A stretch of DNA of 63,090 nucleotides, the filler included, from Octopus bimaculoides (lineage: Eukaryota), in NCBI RefSeq assembly GCF_001194135.2. It is 5 parts of 5 records of this genome, joined end to end, with 100 filler letters (N's around TTAATTAATTAA, not from the genome) between each part and the next. Parts side by side here need not be neighbours in the genome. Positions count along the whole stretch, not along the records: positions 1 to 26,895 come from NC_068982.1; 4 more parts are not named here. The stretch is one strand, 5' to 3'. Each line of letters begins with the position of its first letter. The stretch's first letter is position 1. Of this stretch, positions 12,283 to 26,273 are shown one piece after another. Position numbers and translations under genes: made by a program. The notes beneath the pieces are model-generated. The model ran no database searches, was not told the DNA's origin, and saw nothing but the letters and a program-made list of their open reading frames with translations.

Positions 12283-12508
12283 TTATTGCCCACAGACGGC
12301 TAAACGTAGAGGGGACGAACAAGGACAGACAAAGGGATTAAGTCAATTGCATCAACCCCAGTGCGTAACTGGTACTTAATTTATCGACTCCGACCGAATG
12401 AAAGGCAAAGTCGAACTCGGCGGAATTTGAACTTTGAACGTAGCGACAGACGAAATACCGCTAGGCGTTTCACCCAGCGCGCTAACTATTCTGACATCCC
12501 GCCGCCTT
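12283..12508 (-). mobile_element. SINE family B (head gcggcgagctggcagaatcgttagc..., body gagttcaaattccgccgaggtcgactttgcc)
   Basis: Reverse complement matches the copies at 14315, 47953 and 55245 in this window. Confidence 0.75.
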
Positions 12509-13131
12509 TGACACACATATATAATGCTACGTCAAAAGAGATTTGGACACCCATCCAACAGAAACACGTGTCGGCTTGAATTTCATGTGAATTTAATAGG
12601 AACTCTATACAAACTTCTTTATGATTATAAATGTTGTATGTTGTATGAAATCTAGTGAAGCGAATACAAGATTTCCCTAGAGAGTGAAGTACCGTGTACG
12701 TTTTTCTCTAAAACAATTCTGCCTGGGCGCTATCATTGGATGTGCTTAATCAGCTCCCGATTATATCAGAGTGTTAATAAGTAACTTCTCCGGATACCAG
12801 GCTGGTTGAAATACCCTGCACGAAGCTGCACACTGAATTATGCCCGGGTGCATATGTACAGCACGTACTCTATGCAGTGGAAATACGTGTAGATCGTCGT
12901 AACCATACAAATGCACCAATCTCCATATTCTCTGTCGTCATAATCAATATTAATATAGACTTCAATTGAACATAGAGTTACCCATTGGAGCATGTTACAG
13001 CGTTAGCGAATATCTCTATTAGTCATGAACGTTAAACACAAATCGATGTGGTTAGCAGTATCCTAGAACACAACTGAGAGCTACCACTGTATCCGACTGG
13101 CTAATAGATGTACCTCTCTAAACTCAATCAT

Positions 13132-13182
<51 letters not shown>

Positions 13183-13209
13183 GAGGGAGGGAGAGAGATA
13201 AAGAGAGAA

Positions 13210-13254
<45 letters not shown>

Positions 13255-13639
13255 ATAGCATACCGTTTACATTAATAAGATCCAGAATTTATATTGGTTT
13301 TTCCAGAAAATCGGAATATAAGTACAACCAATAAACAGATCATTTACGGCATCAGAGACTACTGTAATTTTTTGAAAAAATCAACAATAATCTTGTATTT
13401 GATTTTTAAAAGAGCGATTATCATGAACTAGAACAAAACCGTGGTCAAAGTTGCATATAACAGATATTCCATGGAGGAATAATTTTTCCCGAGCTTCAAG
13501 CTAATAACGCCGCTTGTTCCCTCACCTGTCTTTGTCTTTTGTATTCTTCATATGTGTGTGTATGTGTGTGTATGTGTGTGTGTGTGCGTATGTATTATGT
13601 ATGTATTATGTATGTATGTATGCGTGTGTATATGTTTGT

Positions 13640-14086
13640 GTGTCTGTGTTTATCCCTCCAACATAGCTTGAGAAAAAGAGAGAAAGTGGGAAAAAAACGA
13701 TTAAAAACTGTATATTAAAACAATTAAAAACATTTAAAATGGTACTGCTTGGGAGTGGGGCTCAAGGCAGCCATTTCATTATCATTAATCTTGTACATTT
13801 TATACATTTCATGTCATCCGTTTTATGTTTTTGTCCCCAGTGTGGTGTTGTGTCTGTCCTTGTATTGTCCCCCTCTCTGTTGGAGCTTAAACGTTTGTTA
13901 TAAGAATAAAACATCGCTTGAGAACCGATACTGGCATGTTTACGTCCCTGTAACTTAGCGGTTCGGCAAAACAGACCGGAATAACAACTACTAGCCTTAC
14001 AAAGTATAACTTCTGGGGTCGATTTGCTTAACTAAAGGTGTTGCTCCAACATGGCCGCAGTCAAGTAATTGAAACAAATAAAAGAA
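13640..14086 (+). mobile_element. SINE family C 3' module interrupted by a 236-bp insertion (13675-13910)
   Basis: Matches the other family C tails in the window (gtttacgtcc.cgtaacttagcggttcggcaaaa...ggggtcgatttgct...catggccgcagtcaa..tgaaacaa.taaaagaata). The insertion is flanked by the duplication ACAT(A/C)GCTTGAGAA. Confidence 0.8.
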
Positions 14087-14314
14087 TATATATATGTTCG
14101 TGCATGTATGCATATGTATGTGTGAGTGTCTAAAATTTGGAATGCATCCGGTATTTGGAGTAAAGTGGTGTAAACAAATATCATATGATTTTCTAGGACA
14201 ATAAACTTAGGAATTAACTAAAACAGAGGTCAATTCTTGATTATATCACAAGTGATATTGATGAACAAATCTGTCTGATTGTTTCTCATCATCGATAATA
14301 TTCTGAATTTCTAA

Positions 14315-14530
14315 AGCGGGGAGCTGGCAGAATCGTTAGCACGACGGGCGAAATGGTGGGCGATATTTCGTCAGTCTTTATGTTATGAGTTCAAATTCCG
14401 CCGAGATCGACTTTTCCTTTCATCGTGTTGGGGTCGATAAATTAAGTACTAGTTGCATACTGGTCTCGATCTCATTGACTGGCACCCCACCTCCGAAATT
14501 TCGGGCCTTATGCAAAGAGTAGAAAAGAAT
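14315..14530 (+). mobile_element. SINE family B, near full length
   Basis: gcggggagctggcagaatcgttagcacg...gagttcaaattccgccgagatcgactt...ggggtcgataaattaagtactagttg...gggccttatgc..agagtagaaaagaat; multiple homologous copies occur in the window. Confidence 0.8.
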
Positions 14531-17111
14531 AAGTTTCTATAATTTCGTTAGCTACATATCCGTCTGTCTGAAAATCACTTTTATTCTCTCACAGAACCGA
14601 TAAATCTTGCTTTAAGTAACGGAATATTTTTGCTTTGATTTTTAAAAGAGTGATTATTTAATAGTATTTCTTTTTCTTCTTGAATACCAAACTAATTCCT
14701 TATTGCTGAATTGGCTTTGATAATGTCCTTTCCCATAAAATATATTCACCTGGCTCTGTACTTGCTACTGTTCTTAATTGCTTACTCTTTACTTTGAAAT
14801 ATTTATTAAGAAAACAGAATATATAGAGTAGTTAACTTTTATTTCCAAGAATTTATTTAACGATAATACTTCACCATCATTTACTATAGACTTTAAACTT
14901 GTTATTCCTATTCATATTTTAAAATTGTCACATGATCACCTCTGAATGAACAGTCATTTAGTGAATGTTATTCTAATGGCGACTATGTTTTTTTTTAGCT
15001 TAAAAACGTTACAACTAAAATCACAACATGGAATGGTGAATCCCTCCCATAAGATGTTAGAATGTGATTTTTGAGGTTTTCTTAATTCTCTCAAGAAAAA
15101 AAAATCACTTCTTTTCATGAGTGCTTAATGCATTACATAAATGTATGTATATATGGGCATATATTTATTATTCAGAATGTTTACCTTTATTCATTTGGAT
15201 TTGCCATTCTTGTGTTCCTGCATTTCAATCAGCGATAAAGAAACTTGATACATTATGCAAACGTATGAAGAAGCTGAATACATCGAAGTATAGAAATCTG
15301 CTGAATTAACAATGCATGGAGCGACAGAATACAAACTGTAAATATTTCAAATGCATTCAGTTATTTGACCCTCATTCCTGTCATTTGAGACAATGACAGG
15401 AGGATTCTGTTGGTCTGAATTGTTCTCGTCCCTGTAGAACTCTATAATTTCAAGAGAAATCAACCCCAAGAGGTTTGATGGAAAGTAGAAGAACACATGA
15501 CAGATATTCATTATAACTGAGACAATTGTAAATAACTGGTCGTATACATTTAACTGAATTTGATTTCGTTCTACCATCTCAAACTGACAATTGTGCCTTT
15601 CGTGACGAGGAAATTAAAACCACTTCTAATTTTCAAATTCTGATTTAATTTAAAGATGTTTACTTCAATTAATTTCCTTCTTAGTGTCCCTTCTTATATC
15701 AAATTCTGAGAATGACCAGAGGAAAAATATAGAAAAACCAACTGAATAAAATATTAATTTTCCGGAGAACGAAGATAGAACCGATAGTAAATCATAGCCT
15801 TGTCACTGATTAAAGCGAAAGGCGCAAAATTATATACAAATAGTTTTTCATTACAATAGTAAGAAACATAGAATGAAGACATTTCAGTATTTTTCGCGGA
15901 CTTCAATGATATAATACAGAACAAGTCATTAACAGACAACATTTTTGAAAATAATGCATTCCAGAAGTAATTTGAATCACGTGCTGCAGCTTATTTGTTC
16001 CTGTATAATCATGAGGATGATAGGGTTTGTATTTGAGAAGGATTCATTGTTTATAAATATTTGAAAGTTACTCCTTTGCTTTTTGTAGAAATGAAGGAAA
16101 TCTCTTCGTTCCTTATAGATAGGAAAGAATTTATTTTTAGCTGATCCTGTTAGCCGTTTTCACAGATACTCTCTTTCCTTCGACATTTCCTTTATTTCTA
16201 AAAATACCAACTCACCGGGCGCTTCATCGTTTATAAACATGTTCTAATAATCTATGATACGTTTCATTGATCTAATTCAGGGTTTTCTTTAGATTGTTTC
16301 TTATTGTATTAAGAATATTTTGTCTTCAGTTGCTCAGTGCTATCATCAATATGTTAATAAGAATTAAAATCCTGTCACTGTTTATAACTACGAAAAAAAG
16401 AACTCTGCAAAGGAATTAGCTATTGGATACACGTAACACCGCCTTTAGTCGAACCAGTCGACACCAGAACTCATTCTAGTCAAATAGTCATGCACCTGAA
16501 CTTTATAATAGTGACGTCAGTTTCCTGAAGGTCGCAACATTAGTAACCCCTATTGCGATCCCTATCTATAATTCTGTTACAAGTTTAACAACGTAGCCTG
16601 CTTCAAGATATATATATANNNNNNNNNNNNNNNNNNNNNNNNNNNNNNNNNNNNNNNNNNNNNNNNNNNNNNNNNNNNNNNNNNNNNNNNNNNNNNNNNN
16701 NNNNNNNNNNNNNNNNNNNNNNNNNNNNNNNNNNNNNNNNNNNNNNNNNNNNNNNNNNNNNNNNNNNNNNNNNNNNNNNNNNNNNNNNNNNNNNNNNNNN
16801 NNNNNNNNNNNNNNNNNNNNNNNNNNNNNNNNNNNNNNNNNNNNNNNNNNNNNNNNNNNNNNNNNNNNNNNNNNNNNNNNNNNNNNNNNNNNNNNNNNNN
16901 NNNNNNNNNNNNNNNNNNNNNNNNNNNNNNNNNNNNNNNNNNNNNNNNNNNNNNNNNNNNNNNNNNNNNNNNNNNNNNNNNNNNNNNNNNNNNNNNNNNN
17001 NNNNNNNNNNNNNNNNNNNNNNNNNNNNNNNNNNNNNNNNNNNNNNNNNNNNNNNNNNNNNNNNNNNNNNNNNNNNNNNNNNNNNNNNNNNNNNNNNNNN
17101 NNNNNNNNNNN

Positions 17112-17186
<75 letters not shown>

Positions 17187-17424
17187 ATATATCTCTAACT
17201 TAGGCATTTGCATTTTTATTTCTTATCCATTAACTTTTCTCTCTTGTCTTGTTTTATAAACATGTTTATGTCACTTGTGATGTTAGAATATTAAAAATGG
17301 AAGATGAAAAGTCATTTAACATACAGCATTCATTGTATTTATTGTTCAAACGTCTATTGTTTATGTAATTTTAATCCTTCAAATATATTCCTGAATGTTC
17401 CTCCTCTATAATATTCTAAACGTT

Positions 17425-17948
17425 ATTCTTATCCGCAGCATCCACTGGAGTGAATTCGTCACTCATGTCGAGGTCCCGGGTTAGGCAAAGATCAACACAA
17501 AAGCTTAAGACAGCTACGCAATGCAGGACACTCTAACATTGCGGAAGATGATCTGCTTCTCAAGATCACGCCAAATAGCAATTTTTACTCACGTCACAAT
17601 GATAGAGGAGCACCAAAGAATAAGTAAAGGCTCCCGAAATAATCCCTCAGCGCCTCCCATATTGATCACCACCGGTGGCTGGTTCTTGCCGCTGACCCTG
17701 AAGCCTGGCGTCTCACTGCCCTCCGCGCAACAGCGCCACTTGAAGATACCCGCAATACCATCCTTGCAGGCAAGAGTAAAAAGAGGAAAAGCAAGGACTC
17801 TATAACAAACTCTGACCAGCTTTCCCAGCTTTGCCACCCGTGTGGTCTTCTTTGTTAATCCCGAATTGGACACAGTGGCAACGCCAGGCTTGCAGCAGAC
17901 GCGAACATCCTTTTCTGTTAATCATCGTCCTCGAAGCCAAGCCAAACA
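17425..17948 (+). mobile_element. RTE (BovB-like) LINE 3' end, decayed
   Basis: SIHWSEFVTHVEV...LRQLRNAGH...HNDRGAPKNK*...SLSASHIDHHRWLVLAADPEAWR...QRQACSRR, ending cgtcctcgaagccaagcc. This is typical of the BovB-type ORF end. Confidence 0.8.
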
Positions 17949-18799
17949 TTTGGAATAAAGCCCCTAGGAAAGCAGATATATCTGTTTGTAGGTAACGTAA
18001 GCTAAATGGGATTTGAACTGATACTAGAGCCTGAACGGAACATTTTCTACAGCAAATCATTTCAAGAATATTTGTTGGCATATATTTCAAGCGATATCAG
18101 AAATATTGGCTTATTGTAATTAAATATTTTATGGGGAAACCAACAAAATATATTTAATTTATTGATTTTAGCAAGTAATTTTCATAATAATCAATCGTAT
18201 TTTCTTAATGCTTGGACGATAGCAATATTTATCTTTGTTTGTGAGATTATGATCAACATATCAATTAATCTAAGATAAAGATAATAAACCAACAATAACA
18301 AGGAGAAAATTTAATTACTTTCTGAAATATCAAAGGGTTAATAAAACGATTTATTTCCAATTCGTGTTCTTCCCATATCATGGCATTCATCACCATATTT
18401 AACAGAGCATTTCTAAATAGATAATTAAAAGTAATCTTCATGAACATAATTAAATATAATTATTGATTTATATTGCTCTGAACTACTAGCTAGAAACCGC
18501 AACCTAAGATTTTTCTTCTTTCCAATGCCATCATAAGTTGAACATTATTAAAAATTTGGCTTTAGACATATACAAGCAATATTTTCAAATTGAAAATAGC
18601 CATCCTAATAACGTAAGTTCGAAGAAAGTTACTAGTGTAAAGGTTGGAAAGATATCTAGCCGAAATATGAAAAGGTATCTATATTGCAATAAACAGCAAA
18701 ATATATCTGAATATTAACAATTAATTGCACAACGATTAATTTTGCTGGTTTTGCTAATATTCTGATGAAAGATGGTATTAAATTTAATGCCTCATCCAT

Positions 18800-19290
18800 G
18801 CATTCTAAATGTGCAAGCATTTCAAAACTCGTCTTACGCTTAATCTTACAAAATGTGGAAAACCAAAGCCCAGCACAAATATTCCTCTCACACCTCGAAG
18901 ACGGTAATCCAAATTCAAAATCGATATTCGCAAATATAACAGTGATACAGATGAGCTTTTATACAACATCCATGTTGTTATGTAATGTCATATTATCGGT
19001 TTCGGTTCCCAGCTAAAGAACCGTCCCCTTTGCAATCAATTCTGCACAGTAAAAATAAGATCAAAATGCATACTTATAAATGCAGCAAGTGTACCAGCGA
19101 AATTAACAATGATCAAAGGACGCACAAGCTCATACATAATTCGCATTGCATATCGTTAATCTTCGGGTGGCTGACGAAGATGTTTACACCTATCATTGCG
19201 ATATCATATCAGGCAGGTTCTAATAATTTATTGAATCTCAGACCAGGCAGCATCTGAATGCCGGATCAATAACGCTGAAACGAAATCTAT
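18800..19290 (+). mobile_element. Probable PLE GIY-YIG endonuclease region relic (very decayed)
   Basis: TKCGKPK..HLEDGN / FKIDIRKYNSDTDELLYNIHVVM*CHIIGFGSQLKNR loosely fits the PLE linker plus the NLIY.I.C..C...YIG.T...L..R pattern. Weak similarity only. Confidence 0.35.
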
Positions 19291-19303
19291 TGTTTAAATT
19301 TAC

Positions 19304-19334
<31 letters not shown>

Positions 19335-19368
19335 TCTCTCTCTCGCTTAGTTTAGCACTTTCTCTCTT

Positions 19369-19403
<35 letters not shown>

Positions 19404-19452
19404 GTTACTGTCAATATGTCAGTTACTCACACACACATATATATATATACGC

Positions 19453-19483
<31 letters not shown>

Positions 19484-20572
19484 TATNNNNNNNNNNNNNN
19501 NNNNNNNNNNNNNNNNNNNNNNNNNNNNNNNNNNNNNNNNNNNNNNNNNNNNNNNNNNNNNNNNNNNNNNNNNNNNNNNNNNNNNNNNNNNNNNNNNNNN
19601 NNNNNNNNNNNNNNNNNNNNNNNNNNNNNNNNNNNNNNNNNNNNNNNNNNNNNNNNNNNNNNNNNNNNNNNNNNNNNNNNNNNNNNNNNNNNNNNNNNNN
19701 NNNNNNNNNNNNNNNNNNNNNNNNNNNNNNNNNNNNNNNNNNNNNNNNNNNNNNNNNNNNNNNNNNNNNNNNNNNNNNNNNNNNNNNNNNNNNNNNNNNN
19801 NNNNNNNNNNNNNNNNNNNNNNNNNNNNNNNNNNNNNNNNNNNNNNNNNNNNNNNNNNNNNNNNNNNNNNNNNNNNNNNNNNNNNNNNNNNNNNNNNNNN
19901 NNNNNNNNNNNNNNNNNNNNNNNNNNNNNNNNNNNNNNNNNNNNNNNNNNNNNNNNNNNNNNNNNNNNNNNNNNNNNNNNNNNNNNNNNNNNNNNNNNNN
20001 NNNNNNNNNNNNNNNNNNNNNNNNNNNNNNNNNNNNNNNNNNNNNNNNNNNNNNNNNNNNNNNNNNNNNNNNNNNNNNNNNNNNNNNNNNNNNNNNNNNN
20101 NNNNNNNNNNNNNNNNNNNNNNNNNNNNNNNNNATATATATATATATATATATATATATAATGCTAGATATCTTAGCTCCAGATATAAAACTCTTAATTT
20201 TTCTTAACTAACACATGAAATCATGCAAATGATGGGGTCATTTATCAAAATAAAACCAGAAAAAAGAAACATATTGAGATAAAGCGTATTTAGTATAGGC
20301 CTGGAAGCGGAGAGCCACATAAGCATGATGTTCTGAGCAGAGTACATTCTGCCAGTAGATCTAAAATCCGCAACATTAAGAGAATAGGCAAAATTTGGTG
20401 GAAATTAACAAGCATGATATTGTTATAACTGTATAAATGAATAGCTACTAATATAAAGAAATTTGTTTACATTTACGGTTATCAATTTGTGTTGCGAGAT
20501 TCTTGGTGTAAAATCGTATGTTGAAAGAGACATTGTTGTATTTTGGGATTCTCTTTTTTTAATTTTTTTTTG

Positions 20573-20922
20573 TTGGTGAGGAGCAAATAAACACACGCAC
20601 TGTATATTTTTCCTTCACTCATTTATTACTGTTGTTATTTTATTATTTAAATTCATTTCAATTGTCAGAAAATCTTTTGTCACACATCTGTGACCTCTTC
20701 AGCGACACTTTCCGTTTTCGTGTGCGTTCTTGCTCCATTTACCCCATTCTGTTCAGGAGTAAGTGGAGCAAGAACACACACGAAACCGAAAAGTGTCGCT
20801 GAAGAGGTCACAGATGTCTGACAAAAGATTTCCGGGCAATAGAAATGAGTTAGAATAAGAACAGTAATAAACGAGTGAAGAATGGATATATAGTGCGTGT
20901 GTTTATTTGGGCCCCCACCCAA
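20573..20922. repeat. Fold-back (palindromic) element: ~170-bp arms, 16-nt loop
   Basis: Inner arms 20673-20742 and 20759-20828 are reverse complements with 5 mismatches in 70 nt by hand count. The outer arms are more diverged but align. Confidence 0.85.
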
Positions 20923-21106
20923 TCAAAAATGACCATCCGGAAATACAACAATATGCTTACATCCAAATCTTTCAAAATGGATTTCAGGGAAGAGATTGTT
21001 ACATTTAAAATGATAGACTAACATTTACACTCAGGCACGTCATCTCCCTCTCTTTTTCTGCCTCCCCTTATCTCATTCTTTTTCACTTTCTCATACATAG
21101 ATACAC

Positions 21107-21165
<59 letters not shown>

Positions 21166-22502
21166 NNNNNNNNNNNNNNNNNNNNNNNNNNNNNNNNNNN
21201 NNNNNNNNNNNNNNNNNNNNNNNNNNNNNNNNNNNNNNNNNNNNNNNNNNNNNNNNNNNNNNNNNNNNNNNNNNNNNNNNNNNNNNNNNNNNNNNNNNNN
21301 NNNNNNNNNNNNNNNNNNNNNNNNNNNNNNNNNNNNNNNNNNNNNNNNNNNNNNNNNNNNNNNNNNNNNNNNNNNNNNNNNNNNNNNNNNNNNNNNNNNN
21401 NNNNNNNNNNNNNNNNNNNNNNNNNNNNNNNNNNNNNNNNNNNNNNNNNNNNNNNNNNNNNNNNNNNNNNNNNNNNNNNNNNNNNNNNNNNNNNNNNNNN
21501 NNNNNNNNNNNNNNNNNNNNNNNNNNNNNNNNNNNNNNNNNNNNNNNNNNNNNNNNNNNNNNNNNNNNNNNNNNNNNNNNNNNNNNNNNNNNNNNNNNNN
21601 NNNNNNNNNNNNNNNNNNNNNNNNNNNNNNNNNNNNNNNNNNNNNNNNNNNNNNNNNNNNNNNNNNNNNNNNNNNNNNNNNNNNNNNNNNNNNNNNATAT
21701 ATATATACATATATGTATATATAATAGATCATGTAGAATGAATTTATGTTCTGGTTTCACGTGAATTTTGAGGAGTTGAGTATTTTCCTTATTTTCGTTA
21801 CGTCCGTCAGTCCCTACCTTCCTGGACTTAAGTTTCTCTTTAATCTTTCTGCAACATTAGAATGAAACTCCTATGCTCTTATTATACTTCGTTCTTTTCT
21901 TCTCAGTGTGTTGTTTAATATCTATACAAGCGCTTAATAGAAGCAAAATCTCGAGTGCAGAGACGTATTTATATGTTCTCGTCTGTGTGTGCGCGCAGAT
22001 ATGCGTATGTATGAATGACTCTTCTATTCTTTAATTATTATAAATCTTCCACCGAGGAGGGAGCCGGTTCCCAACAAAGATCCAAGGCTCTATCTATGAG
22101 ATGTAGTTAACACAGACAAATTCACGTTTGAGAAAAGTCTTGCATATTTTAACTGTTCCACTCAGAGATTTAACAAGTAACGTACGAATTAGCCGGTCGA
22201 TGTATGTATGTATGTATGTATGTATGTATGTATGTATGTGTGTATGTATGTATGTATGTATGTATGTATGTATGTACGCATGTGAGCGTATGCATGTATT
22301 AACGTATGTGTGTGTGTGTAATTGTTAAAGAGGACAACGAATGCTGAGGCAAGACAAACATCTCAAGCCATTTACGTTATTATAACTCCCGTCTCGGACG
22401 TGATCTCGGGGCCCTAGTAATCCGCTACAGCACTTACACATGGTACCTAGTGGTTTAGATCATCAATGAGATAAACACACTCACACACATACATATATGT
22501 GT

Positions 22503-22595
<93 letters not shown>

Positions 22596-22604
22596 AAACA
22601 AGAC

Positions 22605-22870
22605 CAAAGACGGACCTCGAAAGGATGAAAGGCAATGTCGACCTCGGTTGGATTTGAACTCACAACATTGAGACGTACGAAGTGCCGCTGAGCATTTTGC
22701 TTGGCTTGTTAACGATAGCTGCCTTCCTTACCAGAATTAATGTTATTATTTATATTGTTTCTACTCTAGGTACAGGGTCCGAAATGTTGAGGGAGGGGGC
22801 CAGTCGATTAGATGGACCCCAGTACGCAATTCGTATCTAATTTACCGTCCCCAAAAGGATGACAGGCAAA
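22605..22870 (-). mobile_element. SINE family B fragments (two rearranged partial pieces)
   Basis: aaggatgaaaggcaatgtcgacctcggttggatttgaactc... and ctactctaggtacagggtccgaaat...ggccagtcgattagatggaccccagtacgc match the reverse complement of family B. Confidence 0.65.
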
Positions 22871-25800
22871 TTATTTATATAGACGATACCGGTTTCATTT
22901 ATTTCATTTGAGAAGAACATGAAATGATGTCTTAAGTTACGATTGCTTTCTGGCTTGTTTTACTCTGCAAATATCAAATATAGAGTATGATCTTTTTGAT
23001 GACATCATGTGACGTGATTGGTAATTAGCATGGATTGGAGCTCGGCAAAATATGAAAAGAATTTGAAACTCACCAACGTTGATCAGCAAAATTTTTCATA
23101 GTTCGAAAACAGAAATATGTTACAATTCTATGGTAGATAATATTGTTCTCCTCGTGAAACATTGGCTTTACACGGCAATAAATGAAACAAACATAATTTC
23201 CTAAGTATAGAAATTACTCATTCATAAATTATGATGTCTGAATTTAAGATGGATGTTATTTGCTGAAAGTGTTATGATTCTGGGTTTCATAAGATGGCAA
23301 ATTTCGTTTTTCCGGTTTATGTCAAAGGACAAAAGATTTGCCTGTCTCATCGCAATTTCTTTCTTAAACTCTCTTGTAAGATATATATATATATATATGC
23401 GACTAAACGTTGTATTGTATATCACTGAAAGACCGTCATATTTCTTTCACTTTCATCTTACATACATCAGTCGTTCTCAAACTTAGTTAAATTTACTGAC
23501 ACTCAGAAAATAACGTTTTGCTAAATCCAGTCGTATATCACAATGGTCTTTTCACTTCTTTATTTTATTACGTCTTCCATAATTATTCTCCTCAAATATC
23601 TAAATTCATTAAATTATTTCACACCTCCCTCTTTTCACAGGATTTACATTTTTTTCTATTCTTCCTGCGTTTGCTGGTTATCATTACGGTGCTTCTTTTC
23701 AGCGCTTGATTCTATTGCATATCTACTCCTAGCCATAGTAAGACGTGCTTCAGGATCTCAAATCTCTTCGCTTTTCTCTATTAAGTCAATAGCAACGATA
23801 CAATACATACTTGCATGTCTGGGTCCTGTTTTAATGGATTTCTGCGATTATGTATTTCAGAGACGCTATGATGAGGCCTGAAAATGATGCCGCTGTTCTT
23901 TCTTGCCACAGCTGTTTTAAACAAGTTAGTTGCCAACAGGAACAAAACATGTTCAAATATGAGTTTATAAATTCTCAATTATAATATTTATAATTATGAT
24001 ATTTAATTATAGCATTTAACTTTTTTCATAATGCTACATAATGCTCCTTGTTCACACCTACACAAACTTACTTAGATTAAACATTTGTTAAACGCTTCAT
24101 GGTCTTTCAAGTATTTTTATCCTGAAGTTGCAAATCTGCTCAACACCATTTCTCCATTCACTAGATTTTGTTCGAGCAAGTGAAACTTGGCCTAAGTGTT
24201 TAATTACAATAGTGAAAGACTTTGATTTCAGAATCGATAGATTTGAATCAAATAAATATACTGTTTAACATGATGCGCTATTGAAGTCTTATATACCTAC
24301 GGGATTTCAGAATGGATTAAACAGTATCCTTTTCATTTCGACACAAATCGAATGCTAGTGTGACATTGCGAATCATGTCACAGTCACGTCATTAACTTCA
24401 AATATTTCAGTATCTGGAATATTATCGTTGCATTTCTGTTCGACTGATTCGCCTCATTCACTTAGTTTTACTCGAATAAGTAAGACATATACCAAAATAA
24501 TACTTGAATAATAAACAAAACTTAAGCATTCGATTGTCATTCAGTTTCGTGGTTCGTTTCTTTCATAGTGTTATGCAGAAATACAGTGTTCTGAGATATT
24601 TTCTTTTAGAGATAAAAAGACTTTAATTTTTGAAAAAATTTCTGTCACATGTTTGTTTAAATAATTTTGCCTTTATATTATAAGTTAGATGTAATTCTTT
24701 TGGCCTTGTTCTGGTTCCTTTAACATATACATGATACACTATTTCTGTAGATTTTACATAAATATTCAACTCAGTTACCTAACAATAAAATTATTTAGAA
24801 TATAGTTATAATTGTTTTCATTTGATTAATACGATGCCTTATTTAATTTATTTAATAATATTTAGGGCATTGTAGTTATCAATTCTCTGGATAGATATTT
24901 TAGATATTGTATGACTGCTTTTGTGGCGTTTGTTCTTTGACAACATTGCCGCTGGTCAATCCATTCTGTACTATTTCCTATTTCGTTTCTATCTTCTATT
25001 GTACAGCACGTTTATGTTGTCGCTTTACCAAGAATTCTAGTTGTTGATATTTATTAAAGTACCTGTTATTTATCAATCGTCTGCATGATAATGTGACAAG
25101 AATTTTTCTGATTTTTCTGTTATGATAGAGGTTCTACAAAGCGATTTCAGTTTCATATTTTGATCTTTAATATTGCTGCATGCAAACTGATATGTGCTGA
25201 CATTTTGTCATTATTTTCTAGAAAACTAACTTTCAGTTGCCTCGAACATTATTTGGTAATGTCTGTAAATCCTGATGTGTCCAGTTGCTGTAGCGAAGCA
25301 AGAATCTCAAGGGTTGGAATTAAGCTCTTTACCCTCACTTTTTCATTCATATTTTATTTTGGATTCTCCTCCAATTATTACATTAAAACTTTCAACAAAC
25401 TCTTGTTTATTAGTATTCACTAAAAATAATAAAATTCCAAAACTAGCCTAGATACTGTTTTCTATATGAAGCACACATACACTCACACATTGACACACAC
25501 AGATGCGCGCGCGCTTTACATACGCACTCAAGCACATGCTCACACTCACATTTTAATATTTTCCAAACTGTCCGATTATTATTTAGCATAGCAAGTAATA
25601 ATGGATATGCACATCCATAATAATTTTCTGTATAATATAAGCTAAGCTGTACACAGAATTGACGATATCTTTCATTTATTTGACTCCACTACTTCACGGC
25701 TCCTTATTTCACCAACAGCAACAAGAGGAATGTCAAAGTCCACACAGTGATGATTTAAAATAAAACATAAATGAACGTAACATAATAGCGCAAGGAATGT

Positions 25801-26229
25801 TGTCTTGTCCAAACATTGCATTGATTGTGCTATCGGGCGTTATAATAAGAGGAATTTTCACTAATTTACAAGTGCAATAATTTCATTAAGAATTGTCAAG
25901 AATTATCAGATACGACATCATGAATAATTATTGAATTTATAGTTATTCCTACAATCCCGTTCATGTAAATAAAATAAGTGTAATTAATTAAGTCCAATTT
26001 GTGTTAGCTGTTGGAGTTGTCAACTTGAATTTATAATATTCAAATTATTCACAAAGTATCGAGTTATTATTTACTTCTGCTAATTTTGCTGATACTCTAG
26101 CGCATTAATCATATAATATTTTCGCACAAGCACACACATACAGACCTACATTACAACTAATATACGTGTTTGCATATATATTTCAATATCTACACACACT
26201 TAAGCAGGAGAATCAATATATATATACAT

Positions 26230-26273
<44 letters not shown>

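Noticed and set aside
25063-25419. 357-nt minus-strand AG...GT segment, phase-compatible with the 24191 exon candidate
   Set aside because: It has seven in-frame stops in 118 codons, about what random AT-rich DNA gives.
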